Of a stretch of 21,385 bases of DNA, positions 8,204 through 17,993 are shown piece by piece. This stretch comes from an uncultured archaeon (GTDB lineage: Archaea > Asgardarchaeota > Thorarchaeia > Thorarchaeales > Thorarchaeaceae): positions 1 through 21,385 of the forward strand of contig CAZLEV010000028.1 in the NCBI GenBank assembly GCA_964558645.1, written 5' to 3'. Within the stretch, counting starts at the first letter, position 1; every line of letters begins with the position of its first letter. The position numbers and the translations under genes are program-made. The notes beneath the pieces were generated by a model. It saw only the letters and a list, made by a program, of their open reading frames with translations, did no database searches and was not told the DNA's origin.

Positions 8204-9337
8204 TTGAAGGACCTTCTAGAACGAATGCAAGATGCAAACAAGCACCTTCTCTCTCTACATGAAGTGTTTGTTGACAAGAGCAACTTTCAACCCGCTGAAG
8301 AGCATGTGTTCGAGGGATATGAAAAGCATCATAGGGAATTCAACAAACTGGTTGAGGAACTGGGAATAGATGATCAGCTATATGATTCCAACGGACGACA
8401 GATGATTCTTGCTGATTATCTTGAATACATATTCTTGGGGAGAGGATACTATTCTCTGAAAAAGAGAGAAGACAAAGAGTCGTTTGTTAGGCTAATTCTG
8501 CACTTTGTAAATCTACTGATGTCCTATGAATCCATGACAGTTTCAGAGAATTTGAGGAAGGCATTTCTCAATAAACTGAAGGCCAGTATTCCCAGAATAG
8601 CGGCGGAGGACAAGTATGACAATCTCTACACGCAGACCGGCACAGTGGGCCTGAAATCTGGCAAATCGGACGCTCCAAAGCGTATCAACAGGTACTTCGA
8701 CTCGTTATTGCCGAAGACTGCTGGGGGGCTGTGGCATGAGCTATTGGTATTCGCATTCCTTCTGAGAAATGAGGTGGGGTATATTGTTCCGCTATTACTG
8801 ACTCAGAGGTTCATAGGATCGGCCGGGCATATTGTACCTCCTGATTTCCTGATTGTGACCCATAGCAAGAACATCTACGGGATTGAAGTGGGAGCAAAGA
8901 AAGAGATTCAGTCCGGTAAATTCTCTTTGCAGACAAATATCCCGACGGCTACAATTGATACTGAGAATTCAAGAACATCTGATAGATGCCCCATCTGCAA
9001 CAGATGGATAATGTTCTGCGACTATGTCCTTAGAGAATACCCCAAGTTTGACACAGCAATTGAGAAGACCAAAATCAAATGTCTGGAGGAGTGTGACATC
9101 TACTCGCCACAGGAAATCGCAGAAGGCAAGTGTCCCTGTACAAAATACAGTCGCGATAGGGCAGAAACAAAAGAATACAGTCATCATGATTTTGCAAACG
9201 GCTATCACTATCACTATAGATGTGTTCTAGATAGAGTGTGTCCCGAGATGAAGAAGAAAATAATCGATGCCCAAGATAAAACCGCGCTTATCACGCACTA
9301 TCCAGATTATTCTGGAATTGAAGAACTGATGAAATAG
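8204..9337 (+). CDS. Putative PD-(D/E)xK-like nuclease with Cys/His Zn-binding C-terminus (paralog A)
   Basis: WHELL...PPDFLIV...GIEVGAKKE, then CPIC, C, CLEEC, C and HYRC. The TTG start at 8204 (GGAG at 8191) aligns with the N-terminus of paralog B. Confidence 0.7.
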   Translation: MKDLLERMQDANKHLLSLHEVFVDKSNFQPAEEHVFEGYEKHHREFNKLVEELGIDDQLYDSNGRQMILADYLEYIFLGRGYYSLKKREDKESFVRLILHFVNLLMSYESMTVSENLRKAFLNKLKASIPRIAAEDKYDNLYTQTGTVGLKSGKSDAPKRINRYFDSLLPKTAGGLWHELLVFAFLLRNEVGYIVPLLLTQRFIGSAGHIVPPDFLIVTHSKNIYGIEVGAKKEIQSGKFSLQTNIPTATIDTENSRTSDRCPICNRWIMFCDYVLREYPKFDTAIEKTKIKCLEECDIYSPQEIAEGKCPCTKYSRDRAETKEYSHHDFANGYHYHYRCVLDRVCPEMKKKIIDAQDKTALITHYPDYSGIEELMK

Positions 9338-9810
9338 GAGATTGGCAATCTGGCAACTGAGAAGCAGACAGAAATGAGAATCCGAGGGTTACTCATCGCG
9401 ATTATGACCGAAGAAGTAGAGAATTCCATACGCAAACTGATCTCTGGTCATCATCTCCTCTTGGAACGCGCAAGAAAAGAGAATTACATCGAGATAAAAG
9501 CCACGTCCCGCTGGTTATTGGGATGGCTCATGTCATCTGCGTATCGGTTCGAAGCACAGGATGATGGCGAGATAGGGCAGTGAGAGATCGAACATAGTCG
9601 TCGTTTGCAGTGGAGATTTGCTCACCCCTGTGATGAGCTAGATTGGACCTTCACGCTTCTTATGGGGGCTAGGCTCTCCCAATTCAGGAGGATATTGTAA
9701 TGGTCGCAGCTCGGACGAGAAAAAGATGGGGCTCGATCGATGATGAATACATCAGGTGCAGGAAGGATAATAAATAGTACAGAACACGACGAAACGGTGT
9801 GACGCCCGAG

Positions 9811-10131
9811 ATGCGAAAAATCAACGAAAGCCTGTACATGGCTATGGTGGAGAGAGGGCTCAGTGCTACTCATCCCATCTTGGCAAAGGTCAAGGGAAAG
9901 AAGGTCATAGTCTGCAGCGTTGCCAGTACGGACGGAGAGAGCAACTACGATTACTCCATGGTCTTCTTGAGAAAAGATGTTGATTTGGATGGCAATGATG
10001 AAGATTTTCTGACGAGCATATGCAATATTCCCGATTGCATAGAACGAGAAAAGGGACACAAGCTGGCGATAAGGCGAGGAATGGACCCTGACAAGATACA
10101 GCTCGTTCATAGATATATAGAGAGGAGCTAG
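9811..10131 (+). CDS. Hypothetical protein (~106 aa), probably co-transcribed with the methyltransferase
   Basis: Globular-looking ORF ending 6 nt before the MTase GTG. Start is ATG 9811 or GTG 9799. Confidence 0.6.
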   Translation: MRKINESLYMAMVERGLSATHPILAKVKGKKVIVCSVASTDGESNYDYSMVFLRKDVDLDGNDEDFLTSICNIPDCIEREKGHKLAIRRGMDPDKIQLVHRYIERS

Positions 10132-10137
10132 ATAGTA

Positions 10138-11310
10138 GTGAGAGCTGCAAGAAGATTGGAAGACGTCGATATCTCCTTCAAGGACGTACCCGAATACGAG
10201 AGGACAAAACACGTCCATAGATTGCATCCTTACCTCGGCAAGTTCATTCCTCAGCTGGTCGAGTTCTTCTTGTCGCGTTTCTTCCACAAGGGGGATACGA
10301 TTCTTGATCCCTTCGTTGGAAGCGGCACCACACTGGTCGAAGGGAATATCTTGGGGCTGAATACCATTGGCATTGATATATCTCCTTTCAACTGCCTCAT
10401 ATCAGAAGTGAAGACAAAGAAATACGATATTCCTACTCTTGAGTCCGAAATTAAGGACATACTCGAAAAGACGCGGCTGTTTAGCTCCCAGTTTACGAAA
10501 CAGAAGACGATCGATCTCTATTCAGACGAGGAGCCTCCGGAGTCAGAGCAGTATTCCACAGATAGTGAGTATCTCACCAAATGGTATTCGAGAAGAGCAC
10601 TAAAAGAGCTGTTGTTCTTCCGAGAACAGATACACGAATACAAGTACGAAAAGATACTGAGCATAATCTTGACTCGAGCCGCAAGATCTGCACGGCTGAC
10701 ACCCCATTACGAGCTGACTCGAGCCGAAGAACCGATCGTCGAACCCTATTGGTGCCATAAACATAGCAGAGTTTGTGCCCCGGTTCAAGAGGCTTTCAAA
10801 TTTCTTGAGAGATATTGCCTTGACACAATAGAAAGAATCAAGGAGTTCGCAAAACTCAGAACTGATGCCTCTGTCGAGATAATCCGCGGCGATGCCAGGT
10901 CAGTCGATCTCAAAGACCACATCAAGTCCAAGATGGATGGGATTTTCACCTCACCTCCGTACGTTGGTCTGATTGATTACCACGAACAACATGAATACGC
11001 ATACGAGTTGTTAGACCTCCCGAGGTATGATGAGAAGGAGATAGGTCCAAAATCCCAAGGCAAATCGCAGAGTGCAGTAGAGAACTATCAGAGGGGAATA
11101 ACCGAAGTCTTCCGAAATGTTGCACAACAGGTGGTCCGAGATGGGCACATCTTCATAGTTGTCAATGACAAGCATGATTTGTACCAAGATATCGCTGAGG
11201 GCGCCAATCTGGAATTGATCAAAGCGTACCCTCGAAAAGTCACCAAGAAAGCATCCCGCGAACGCGCTGCCTTTGATGAGGCTGTTTTTCACTTCATTAA
11301 CAAGAACTAA
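10138..11310 (+). CDS. Amino-DNA methyltransferase, likely N4-cytosine, M.MjaII-like
   Basis: RTKHVHRLHPYLGKFIPQLVE, then motif I DPFVGSGTT preceding motif IV FTSPPY followed by IDYHEQH. SPPY is typical of m4C MTases. Confidence 0.9.
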   Translation: MRAARRLEDVDISFKDVPEYERTKHVHRLHPYLGKFIPQLVEFFLSRFFHKGDTILDPFVGSGTTLVEGNILGLNTIGIDISPFNCLISEVKTKKYDIPTLESEIKDILEKTRLFSSQFTKQKTIDLYSDEEPPESEQYSTDSEYLTKWYSRRALKELLFFREQIHEYKYEKILSIILTRAARSARLTPHYELTRAEEPIVEPYWCHKHSRVCAPVQEAFKFLERYCLDTIERIKEFAKLRTDASVEIIRGDARSVDLKDHIKSKMDGIFTSPPYVGLIDYHEQHEYAYELLDLPRYDEKEIGPKSQGKSQSAVENYQRGITEVFRNVAQQVVRDGHIFIVVNDKHDLYQDIAEGANLELIKAYPRKVTKKASRERAAFDEAVFHFINKN

Positions 11311-11469
11311 GCTTGTCCCCTCATGTAACAAGATTCCTGTCGGAAATGATGCTGCTTCTTGTCCTTCCTGCTACAGTTATCAGAAGACTGCTGATATGAA
11401 CCGTGAACCCATATCTTCTTCCTCTCCCATGACTAGCATCCGGAGTCATGCTCAGTTTGATTGACTTCT

Positions 11470-12591
11470 TCAATCCTCAGGTAGATCCTTTAAGCCAGCA
11501 ACAAGGGGATAGTAAGACACCAGTGATCCCGCATCATCCCTAAGTATCTCCTGTTTCATCCCAGGATTCAAGCATCTGAGGTGATAGCGTGCCTTTCGGT
11601 TCGTTCCGTAGCGGTTCGTTGCTTTGGTGTAACACATGATATCCGGGCAGTTACCTTCGTCAAAATAGGGGCATTCAGAGCAGCGTAAAATGTGTTTATG
11701 ATTCGCCGGTATGCCTTGTTCGGAATAGAGTTCGATTACTCTCTGACAATACGTTATCCACTTTCCGCAACCATCACATCTGAAAGGTTGTTTTGCTATC
11801 AAGTCGACACTGAAGGTAGGAATCCCGGTTAGCATACTGAAATCCGCGCTCTGCGTTTCTTTCCCCCGTCCAATCTCAAGTCCCAGAATCTCTCCTTTTT
11901 TCCTCAGAAGAAAGATGTCCGGTGGTCTAGTCACTTTGTTTCCACTCAACAATCTCTGTTGTGTCAATGCAGAAACGACAAACCCTAGTCTTCTTTGAAA
12001 CAGATACAAGTAGACCAGGACCTCAATTGGTCCTCCTCTTACTTTCGGAAAAAGAGAATCGTAATGATCCAACACTCTTCCAGAAGGTGGATTTGTATTT
12101 GGAGGTCCAGGTATCAAGTCTCCTTGATATCCGTGTGCTTCGTTGTATTTATCAATGAAATAGCTGTCCCCGTTCTCGAAGAAGTAGTCATCTGTGAGTT
12201 CGTTTCTAAGCGTTATCATCAAGTTTCTGCGGAGTGCTAGTTGTCCCTGCGGGCCGAGGGAGTCCATGAGCAACCATTGATTGATGAGATGCATTACAAT
12301 CTTGATGAATCGCTTTCTCTCAGCACTTCCTCTTGCAGCGAGATACACGCCTCGACTCGTGATTATATATTGGAATATATCTGAGAGAATCATCTGGCGA
12401 GATCCCTTTGGGGGATTCCCTCTTGACTTGGACCCCCCAAAATACAATTCCCGGCAAAAATCATCATATCCATCGCATTGGATGAGACGGTCCTCCATCC
12501 TCTGGTACTCCGGGTCATTATCTATCATGAAATCATCAACAATCTTCAGATGCCTACTTGCTGATTCAAATCGATTCAGAATCTCTCTCAA
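11470..12591 (-). CDS. Putative PD-(D/E)xK-like nuclease with Cys/His Zn-binding C-terminus (paralog B)
   Basis: PIEVL...PPDIFLL...GLEIGRGKE, then CDGC, C, CSEC, C and HLRC. TTG start with AGGAGG upstream, 13 nt after the REase stop. Confidence 0.7.
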   Translation of the reverse strand: MREILNRFESASRHLKIVDDFMIDNDPEYQRMEDRLIQCDGYDDFCRELYFGGSKSRGNPPKGSRQMILSDIFQYIITSRGVYLAARGSAERKRFIKIVMHLINQWLLMDSLGPQGQLALRRNLMITLRNELTDDYFFENGDSYFIDKYNEAHGYQGDLIPGPPNTNPPSGRVLDHYDSLFPKVRGGPIEVLVYLYLFQRRLGFVVSALTQQRLLSGNKVTRPPDIFLLRKKGEILGLEIGRGKETQSADFSMLTGIPTFSVDLIAKQPFRCDGCGKWITYCQRVIELYSEQGIPANHKHILRCSECPYFDEGNCPDIMCYTKATNRYGTNRKARYHLRCLNPGMKQEILRDDAGSLVSYYPLVAGLKDLPED

Positions 12592-12604
12592 TAACTAACC
12601 CTCC

Positions 12605-13420
12605 TTAATCATGTACTCCGAGTTGAGTCTGGACTGCCGATGATTCTTCTACCCTTGCCAGAACTTTTTCCATTCGGTTCAATGCCTCGTGGCCTATCTC
12701 TCGGAACAGTCCTAGTAAGTCCTCATAGGTTCCATCTCCGCCTAGGAAATCCCAGAACTCCTTTCCAATGAGAAGATCCTGCCCTCGACGGAAGAATTTG
12801 ACCACTGTCCAGCGCTGGTATTCATCCGAGTAGTACGGATTGTAGGGAAAAACCACCATAGTATGAACTCCACTCAAACTCCTTTCCTTCTGTTTAATGG
12901 CGAGAATATCGAGAGAGTCCTTCTGAGCGCTTCTCATCTCATTCTTGTTTGGCTTCACAGTCTTTAGCTCGAAGAAGTACTCCTCAAGGTCGTCTGATAC
13001 TATGTAGAAATCTACGGTCACTTGAACCTCCTTGTGCTCATCATTTTCGTCAAATACCGCCTGCAGCTCTTCCTTAATGCTATCAATCCCCGGTTTCCTC
13101 TTACCGCTTTCGAGGTCCTTCAGGATTGTGTCTATCCTTGACTGCTCAGCTGGCGTTATTGTCCCCCTGACCGGATATCTCTTCTCAACAACTCGGAACC
13201 GTTCCGACGCAACAATCTCTGCAAAGTTTTCCCACTGACTACCAAACCACGTATAGATTGACTGCAGCAATGATGCAACGTAGACATACTCCTTGGAGAA
13301 GAGAGCGAAGTAGAATGGCTTGTTCATATCCTCCCTCTCCGCATAATGATTGATTTTGCTGTCTAGTTCTTCTCTCAGAATCTTTTTGATCAGACTCTTT
13401 TGAATTCCTGATAAGGTCAC
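12605..13420 (-). CDS. Type II restriction endonuclease, TdeIII/MjaII family (family members cut GGNCC)
   Basis: KPFYFAL, S..T.FGSQWE, VDFYI...FFELKTVKPNK, FPYNPY and IGKEFWDFLGGDGTYEDLL, recognised as RE_TdeIII family motifs. A cognate-type MTase lies nearby. Confidence 0.82.
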   Translation of the reverse strand: MTLSGIQKSLIKKILREELDSKINHYAEREDMNKPFYFALFSKEYVYVASLLQSIYTWFGSQWENFAEIVASERFRVVEKRYPVRGTITPAEQSRIDTILKDLESGKRKPGIDSIKEELQAVFDENDEHKEVQVTVDFYIVSDDLEEYFFELKTVKPNKNEMRSAQKDSLDILAIKQKERSLSGVHTMVVFPYNPYYSDEYQRWTVVKFFRRGQDLLIGKEFWDFLGGDGTYEDLLGLFREIGHEALNRMEKVLARVEESSAVQTQLGVHD

Positions 13421-13591
13421 TCTGTTTCCCTTCGATTAGAATGATTTGACTACCCACGACATACCTCTCACTGGGATATGCCTAGAAAAGACTTCTTCCG
13501 TCCTACCTTGCACTATGAAACTAGTGCTCTCTACCTCAGTCCTCTGAATGTTGATTTGAGTATGAATACATCCTCCTCGCAGCACCCTTTC

Positions 13592-14281
13592 CTAAGAATG
13601 CCTCCCCAGCGCACCTTCAATGGATTCCATGATATTCCTTCTGTTTTCTCCGCCTATGCGAGCCACACCGACTCGATCGTAGCAGTTCATCTTCTCTCGG
13701 GTAGGAAGTCTTCCTTTGATTGTGGCAGCAACAACAATCTCTAGGTGGACTTCAGGTGAAACTTGTCTGAACCATTCATTCTGGGTGAGGAAGATATAGT
13801 AATCACTGGGAAAACATGTAACGACTATATCCGCATGTTCTGTTACCGCAGTCATTCTGTCCAAGAAGCGCGTTCTATCATTGAGTTCTTCGAGATCACA
13901 GCTGCTTCTTAGCTTGGCAGTATAGGGTATTATTCGCTTCTCCGAAGGTATAAGCCCATACCGCCCCGTGAGGATGTAGAGTTCGACAGTTCCTAGCTCA
14001 TCAAGAGCATCGCAGAAATCCCGAATCTCGCCGAACATTCCTCCAAACATGAGTCTTGCGGGTCGCACATACTCCCTCAAAACCCCCCTATATTCATCTT
14101 CCAAGCTCATTGACTCGTCAGGAAGAGGAAGGCCATTCTTATGTAGTGCCTGAACTAAACCATCATGGGTATCAAGCGCTCCTCCTCGCCCTATAGTCCC
14201 CCTCCAATCATCGATATGAGGTAGAATAGAGGGGCTATCCTCAGAGAATACTGCGATTTGGGAACTCTCTCTGACGTCCAT
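13592..14281 (-). CDS. DUF6884/DUF5591-like alpha/beta protein (229 aa)
   Basis: RPARLMFGGMF...LYILTGRYGLIPSEKRIIPY resembles the PA..LY.G..F / ILSA.YGLI....I.PY signature. Start moved to ATG 14281. Confidence 0.55.
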   Translation of the reverse strand: MDVRESSQIAVFSEDSPSILPHIDDWRGTIGRGGALDTHDGLVQALHKNGLPLPDESMSLEDEYRGVLREYVRPARLMFGGMFGEIRDFCDALDELGTVELYILTGRYGLIPSEKRIIPYTAKLRSSCDLEELNDRTRFLDRMTAVTEHADIVVTCFPSDYYIFLTQNEWFRQVSPEVHLEIVVAATIKGRLPTREKMNCYDRVGVARIGGENRRNIMESIEGALGRHS

Positions 14282-14423
14282 TGTGGGAGAAAACCCGCCC
14301 TGCAGGATATTAGCCTTGCTATGCCCAGTACACGTACATACTTTGCTGCATAGTCGGCGACCTAACCAAGCGAAGCGAAACCTGCAAGATGTCAGTAGAA
14401 AACAAACAACAAGAGATAGCGTT

Positions 14424-14858
14424 CTACCGAAACTCATGATTCTGCTTTCGAACTCTCTGCACATCTATGAGGTTCCAGTCGGACATATCACTGATGAACT
14501 CTTCCAGCCACTTCCGGTATGAAGCTGAGAAGATTACAGTCTTGTTTCTATTCTTCGCCACAGGCTCCAAGTAGACTTCATAATAGGTCATCTCTCTATT
14601 CATGTCTAGATGACTCCCCTCTACATGGACAAGATTGAATCGTTCTTCAAGAATCCTTCCAGTTAGCAGAGGGACCTCTATGATAGAGGAAGTGTGGATG
14701 AGACTGACCAAGAAGACTATGCCGCAGTTGAGTTGGTATCTTATGATGCGGCCCCCTTCGAAAGGATTGCGAACAACCAAGACAGGTGGATCTTTCCTGT
14801 CAAGATGTTCTACAACAGCTGCTTCCGTCATCAATGGATATACTTCCGGGGGATCCAT
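14424..14858 (-). CDS. Hypothetical protein, possibly a remnant
   Basis: Open frame of ~144 aa with protein-like composition and no recognisable motif. Confidence 0.4.
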   Translation of the reverse strand: MDPPEVYPLMTEAAVVEHLDRKDPPVLVVRNPFEGGRIIRYQLNCGIVFLVSLIHTSSIIEVPLLTGRILEERFNLVHVEGSHLDMNREMTYYEVYLEPVAKNRNKTVIFSASYRKWLEEFISDMSDWNLIDVQRVRKQNHEFR

Positions 14859-15440
14859 GTGAATCAACTTCCTGTTAGTTGGACGCCGTATTCGTAGTTC
14901 CTGATAAGCTTGAGTACAGTCTTTGTTACTCCAGCAAAGCCTACTGGGGAGTAAAACCAGAAGTCCCGTGACAGAACGTTCTCATTTTCCCTCCTTTACC
15001 GACTATACCTATTGGAATCTTCCACATCAAGATTCGCCTCGCCCCCCGTGAATCGAGAATAGTCATCCTCATGGTATCCTCCAATGCCATCGGGCATATT
15101 CCGGTGTCTTTCCCTGAGGCAAAATTCTTTCGGTGTGGCAGGTCTGTGGTAGTCACAAGGCGGCTGTCGGTCTTCACTCGAACTATCTCTCAATCATCGC
15201 CTACATCTCATTCTCCTTAGTACCCCCTCAGAACACATCAGCCAGAGTGCTCACCCCCGTTGTGGCTTTTCCGCCTCATAAAGTGTCTTCAATCTGAAGA
15301 CAAAATCTGCTTCCGTCAACCGTCCTAGTTGAATCAACAGAAAATAGAGGATGAGATTGATTCACCTCTTCCGTCAAACACTTTCTATGTTCTCCACCTC
15401 TACGAGGTGAAAGCAGCTGAAGTACGGGCCTTGATTGAGA

Positions 15441-16000
15441 TCAGTGCAATGTTTCTCTTGCCTTTATTTCCCGGTCGAGCCATCCTATTCTTGTTGAACA
15501 TTCAACAAGCTCTAGGGTGACGAAGGTCTTCTCAATCCTCTTTCTCAGATGTCCAGAACGTTTGAGTAGTTCCTCGGCAGAGCTCTCATGCCACGTTGCC
15601 ACATATCGCTCAAATATCGTGATGCCCTCATCGGCGTTCTCTCGTGCCGAAAGGACAATTCCATCTTCTGGGGCAAAGCTAGCCGAACCTATCAATACCA
15701 TTGCCACATCTACTCCTTTGACGAGTCCCGTTCGGCATTCTCTCTTGGGAGATTCAGCCTGAGTCCAAGCTCCTCCCTGCCATCGATTTCGTTGGGTCGC
15801 ACGATTATGAGCCAATCGTGTAGCTTGTCCACGGGTCCCTCGAACTCCTGGGGCACACCAGCCTCATCGAAGTACTCCAAAACTACCTCTTCTATCCTTT
15901 CGTTAGCTAGTTCAATAGCATCTCACTATCCCACTCGGCACCCGCCGCGAGTTGCAGAATCGGCGGGGCAATCCTTTCTCCTGTGACAACCTCATGCCAA
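15441..16000 (-). pseudogene. Probable decayed gene split across reading frames
   Basis: Consecutive protein-like segments in different frames: NIWHEVVTGERIAPPILQLAAG, then DAIELANERIEEVVLEYFDEAG..., then GVDVAMVLIGSASFAPEDG.... No clean start. Confidence 0.35.
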
Positions 16001-16039
16001 ATGTTTCACAACCTCTGTAAGAATTCCCTGTTTACTCTG

Positions 16040-17500
16040 TTAGGATTCAACCTTCGGGCTTAACTGGATTGCATGATTCTTCATGACATCTGATTTTAGC
16101 AGTTGAATTACTTTCTTCCGGTTTGCTCCCCCTGCTGAATGAATTTTGAAAAGGATTTCCTCGTGCGGATACAGATAAGAAATCCTCTGTTCTTGCAGAA
16201 ACTCCTGATAACTCTCGTCAATCACCTGATCGCCTAGTATCCTGTCCAAGTCGTCAGTAGTGTACTTGTACTGGCTCAGTGCGTCTGTGATTTTTCTGCA
16301 GTCATATTTGGAAACGTATTTGCCGGGTCCAAAGGTATACTCTACATTACGTCTACACCAAGCTATCACATCACTGTTTCTTGCCTTGATACGTGGCAAT
16401 GCTTTCTGAGTTTCCCGGAGAAACCTTTGGATAGTTTTGCGCTTCTTTGATTCATCAATCAAGTCACCTTTCGCATATCTCACTAGGACTACAGGGACGT
16501 TTTCTCGTCCGCGTGATTTTGTACGATAGAATGAACTTCCAACACCCGAAATCCGCTCATCGAGATATGTGCTTCCGACCACACGTAATGTATCATAGCA
16601 GTTCTCTGCTCCATGACCTAGGATATAGATATCCTTGATTTCGGGGTTATCCAAATACTCCCAAATCCACCTCTCATGCGGCTTGGTGCCGAACGCGGCA
16701 ACGACCGATGCTCGAGCTACCAGTACAACTCCTACACCGTAGTTCTCACCTTTGAGTATAAGATCAACATCTCTTGTATGAACCTCGGGTTTGTTATCAC
16801 ATTTCTGGGCAATGGGATAGACAAAATCAAGCCACTCACGCGTTTCACCTATCACGTTTGGTCTTATGGCAAATCCTATTCTCTTCGCAACAAGTTCAAG
16901 TTCAGGGAGAAAGAGCCGAGTCAAATAACCAACTTCATCGACATAGCTTGTTTTCTCGAGAGCTTGAAGAGTATCCTCTTCCGAGCGGCAGGCGTCTATA
17001 TGTACTTCATGTAGGACCTTCAGGGCATCATCACTGGCTGAAACCAGCCTATGCATGATTGTCAAGTCTACCGCCTTCTCAATTGGAGGGGGTGTAATCC
17101 TGCGTCCCTCGTTCATTATTCCTCTCCGGACATATTCCTCTGCAATACGAACAAGGTTCTTTCCCTCTTCACTGCTATCATGCAGTCTTATGTAGAGCTC
17201 ACCATTCTTCATCCTTGTCCTCTCATTCAAGGATTTGCTGAACTCTATCTTAGCAACAGGCAGAATCATCTCAGGGTTCTCTTCATTCAGCTCACCAATT
17301 CTAGGGACCATGAATGCGGCAGTCTGTGCACTGATTGTTGATTTGTCGAACCTTTTTATGCCGACACGTCTGAGGCCCTTCAGCACGAATAGCTCGCTTT
17401 TCGCTCGGTTCTCGGGATTCCAAATCCATTTGAGATATCCAAGGATAGCTAAGATTATCGGGATGAATGGGGCAATTGACAAGATGAATTCAAACTGCAC
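16040..17500 (-). CDS. Uncharacterised protein with a single N-terminal TM helix and a large soluble domain
   Basis: 486-aa ORF from GTG 17500 (GAGGGAGG upstream). TM segment FILSIAPFIPIILAILGYL. Overlaps the upstream gene by 11 nt. Confidence 0.75.
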   Translation of the reverse strand: MQFEFILSIAPFIPIILAILGYLKWIWNPENRAKSELFVLKGLRRVGIKRFDKSTISAQTAAFMVPRIGELNEENPEMILPVAKIEFSKSLNERTRMKNGELYIRLHDSSEEGKNLVRIAEEYVRRGIMNEGRRITPPPIEKAVDLTIMHRLVSASDDALKVLHEVHIDACRSEEDTLQALEKTSYVDEVGYLTRLFLPELELVAKRIGFAIRPNVIGETREWLDFVYPIAQKCDNKPEVHTRDVDLILKGENYGVGVVLVARASVVAAFGTKPHERWIWEYLDNPEIKDIYILGHGAENCYDTLRVVGSTYLDERISGVGSSFYRTKSRGRENVPVVLVRYAKGDLIDESKKRKTIQRFLRETQKALPRIKARNSDVIAWCRRNVEYTFGPGKYVSKYDCRKITDALSQYKYTTDDLDRILGDQVIDESYQEFLQEQRISYLYPHEEILFKIHSAGGANRKKVIQLLKSDVMKNHAIQLSPKVES

Positions 17501-17720
17501 TGTCTTTTTCCTCCCTCTCACCCATACAATCAACACGGCTACAGTAGACTACGATTGACCCATTTCTCATCCCAACACTATCGAAGTTTTCTACTGTTAC
17601 TTCTCTCCTACATTTCGAACACATTATCTCACCGTTCTCGATCTGCTCTAGCAAACTGATAGACTGCAGAAAACCAAGGAGATCCGTTTCATGAACAGCC
17701 CTTATCTTTCTTGATTTCAT
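17490..17720 (-). CDS. Small Zn-binding protein (76 aa; CxxC...CxxxxC)
   Basis: MKSRKIRAVHETDL...GEIMCSKC...YCSRVDC; overlap suggests translational coupling to the downstream gene. Confidence 0.7.
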   Translation of the reverse strand: MKSRKIRAVHETDLLGFLQSISLLEQIENGEIMCSKCRREVTVENFDSVGMRNGSIVVYCSRVDCMGEREEKDSAV

Positions 17721-17993
17721 TTGTGTACTCCTAGCGCAATTACTATCCAAGAGAACTCTGATACTTGCTATCTAGTCCGCTCAGCATTTTCCCCCGAGTT
17801 GCCGAAACAAGGCACTCAGAACCACGCGCTGTTTATCCGTTACCAAGAATGAAGATTTAACTCTATCGAGTTCAAAGACCCACCTCTTTTCCGCAAGGAG
17901 AAACACAGAACCATCGCCTTCTCAGAATCTCAATCTCAGAGCTCAGTAGTTGCCCCACACTAGGCCTCGGTTACAGAGCCTGTAATTCGAGAT

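Noticed and set aside
9374-9583. 69-aa ORF between nuclease A and the MTase operon as an R-M controller (C) protein
   Set aside because: No HTH signature; coding status unsupported.
9622-10287. 221-aa minus-strand ORF
   Set aside because: Antisense to the MTase and its upstream gene; shadow ORF.
10670-10726. TGACTCGAGCCG repeated twice within the MTase gene
   Set aside because: Both copies encode LTRA in frame; a short coding coincidence.
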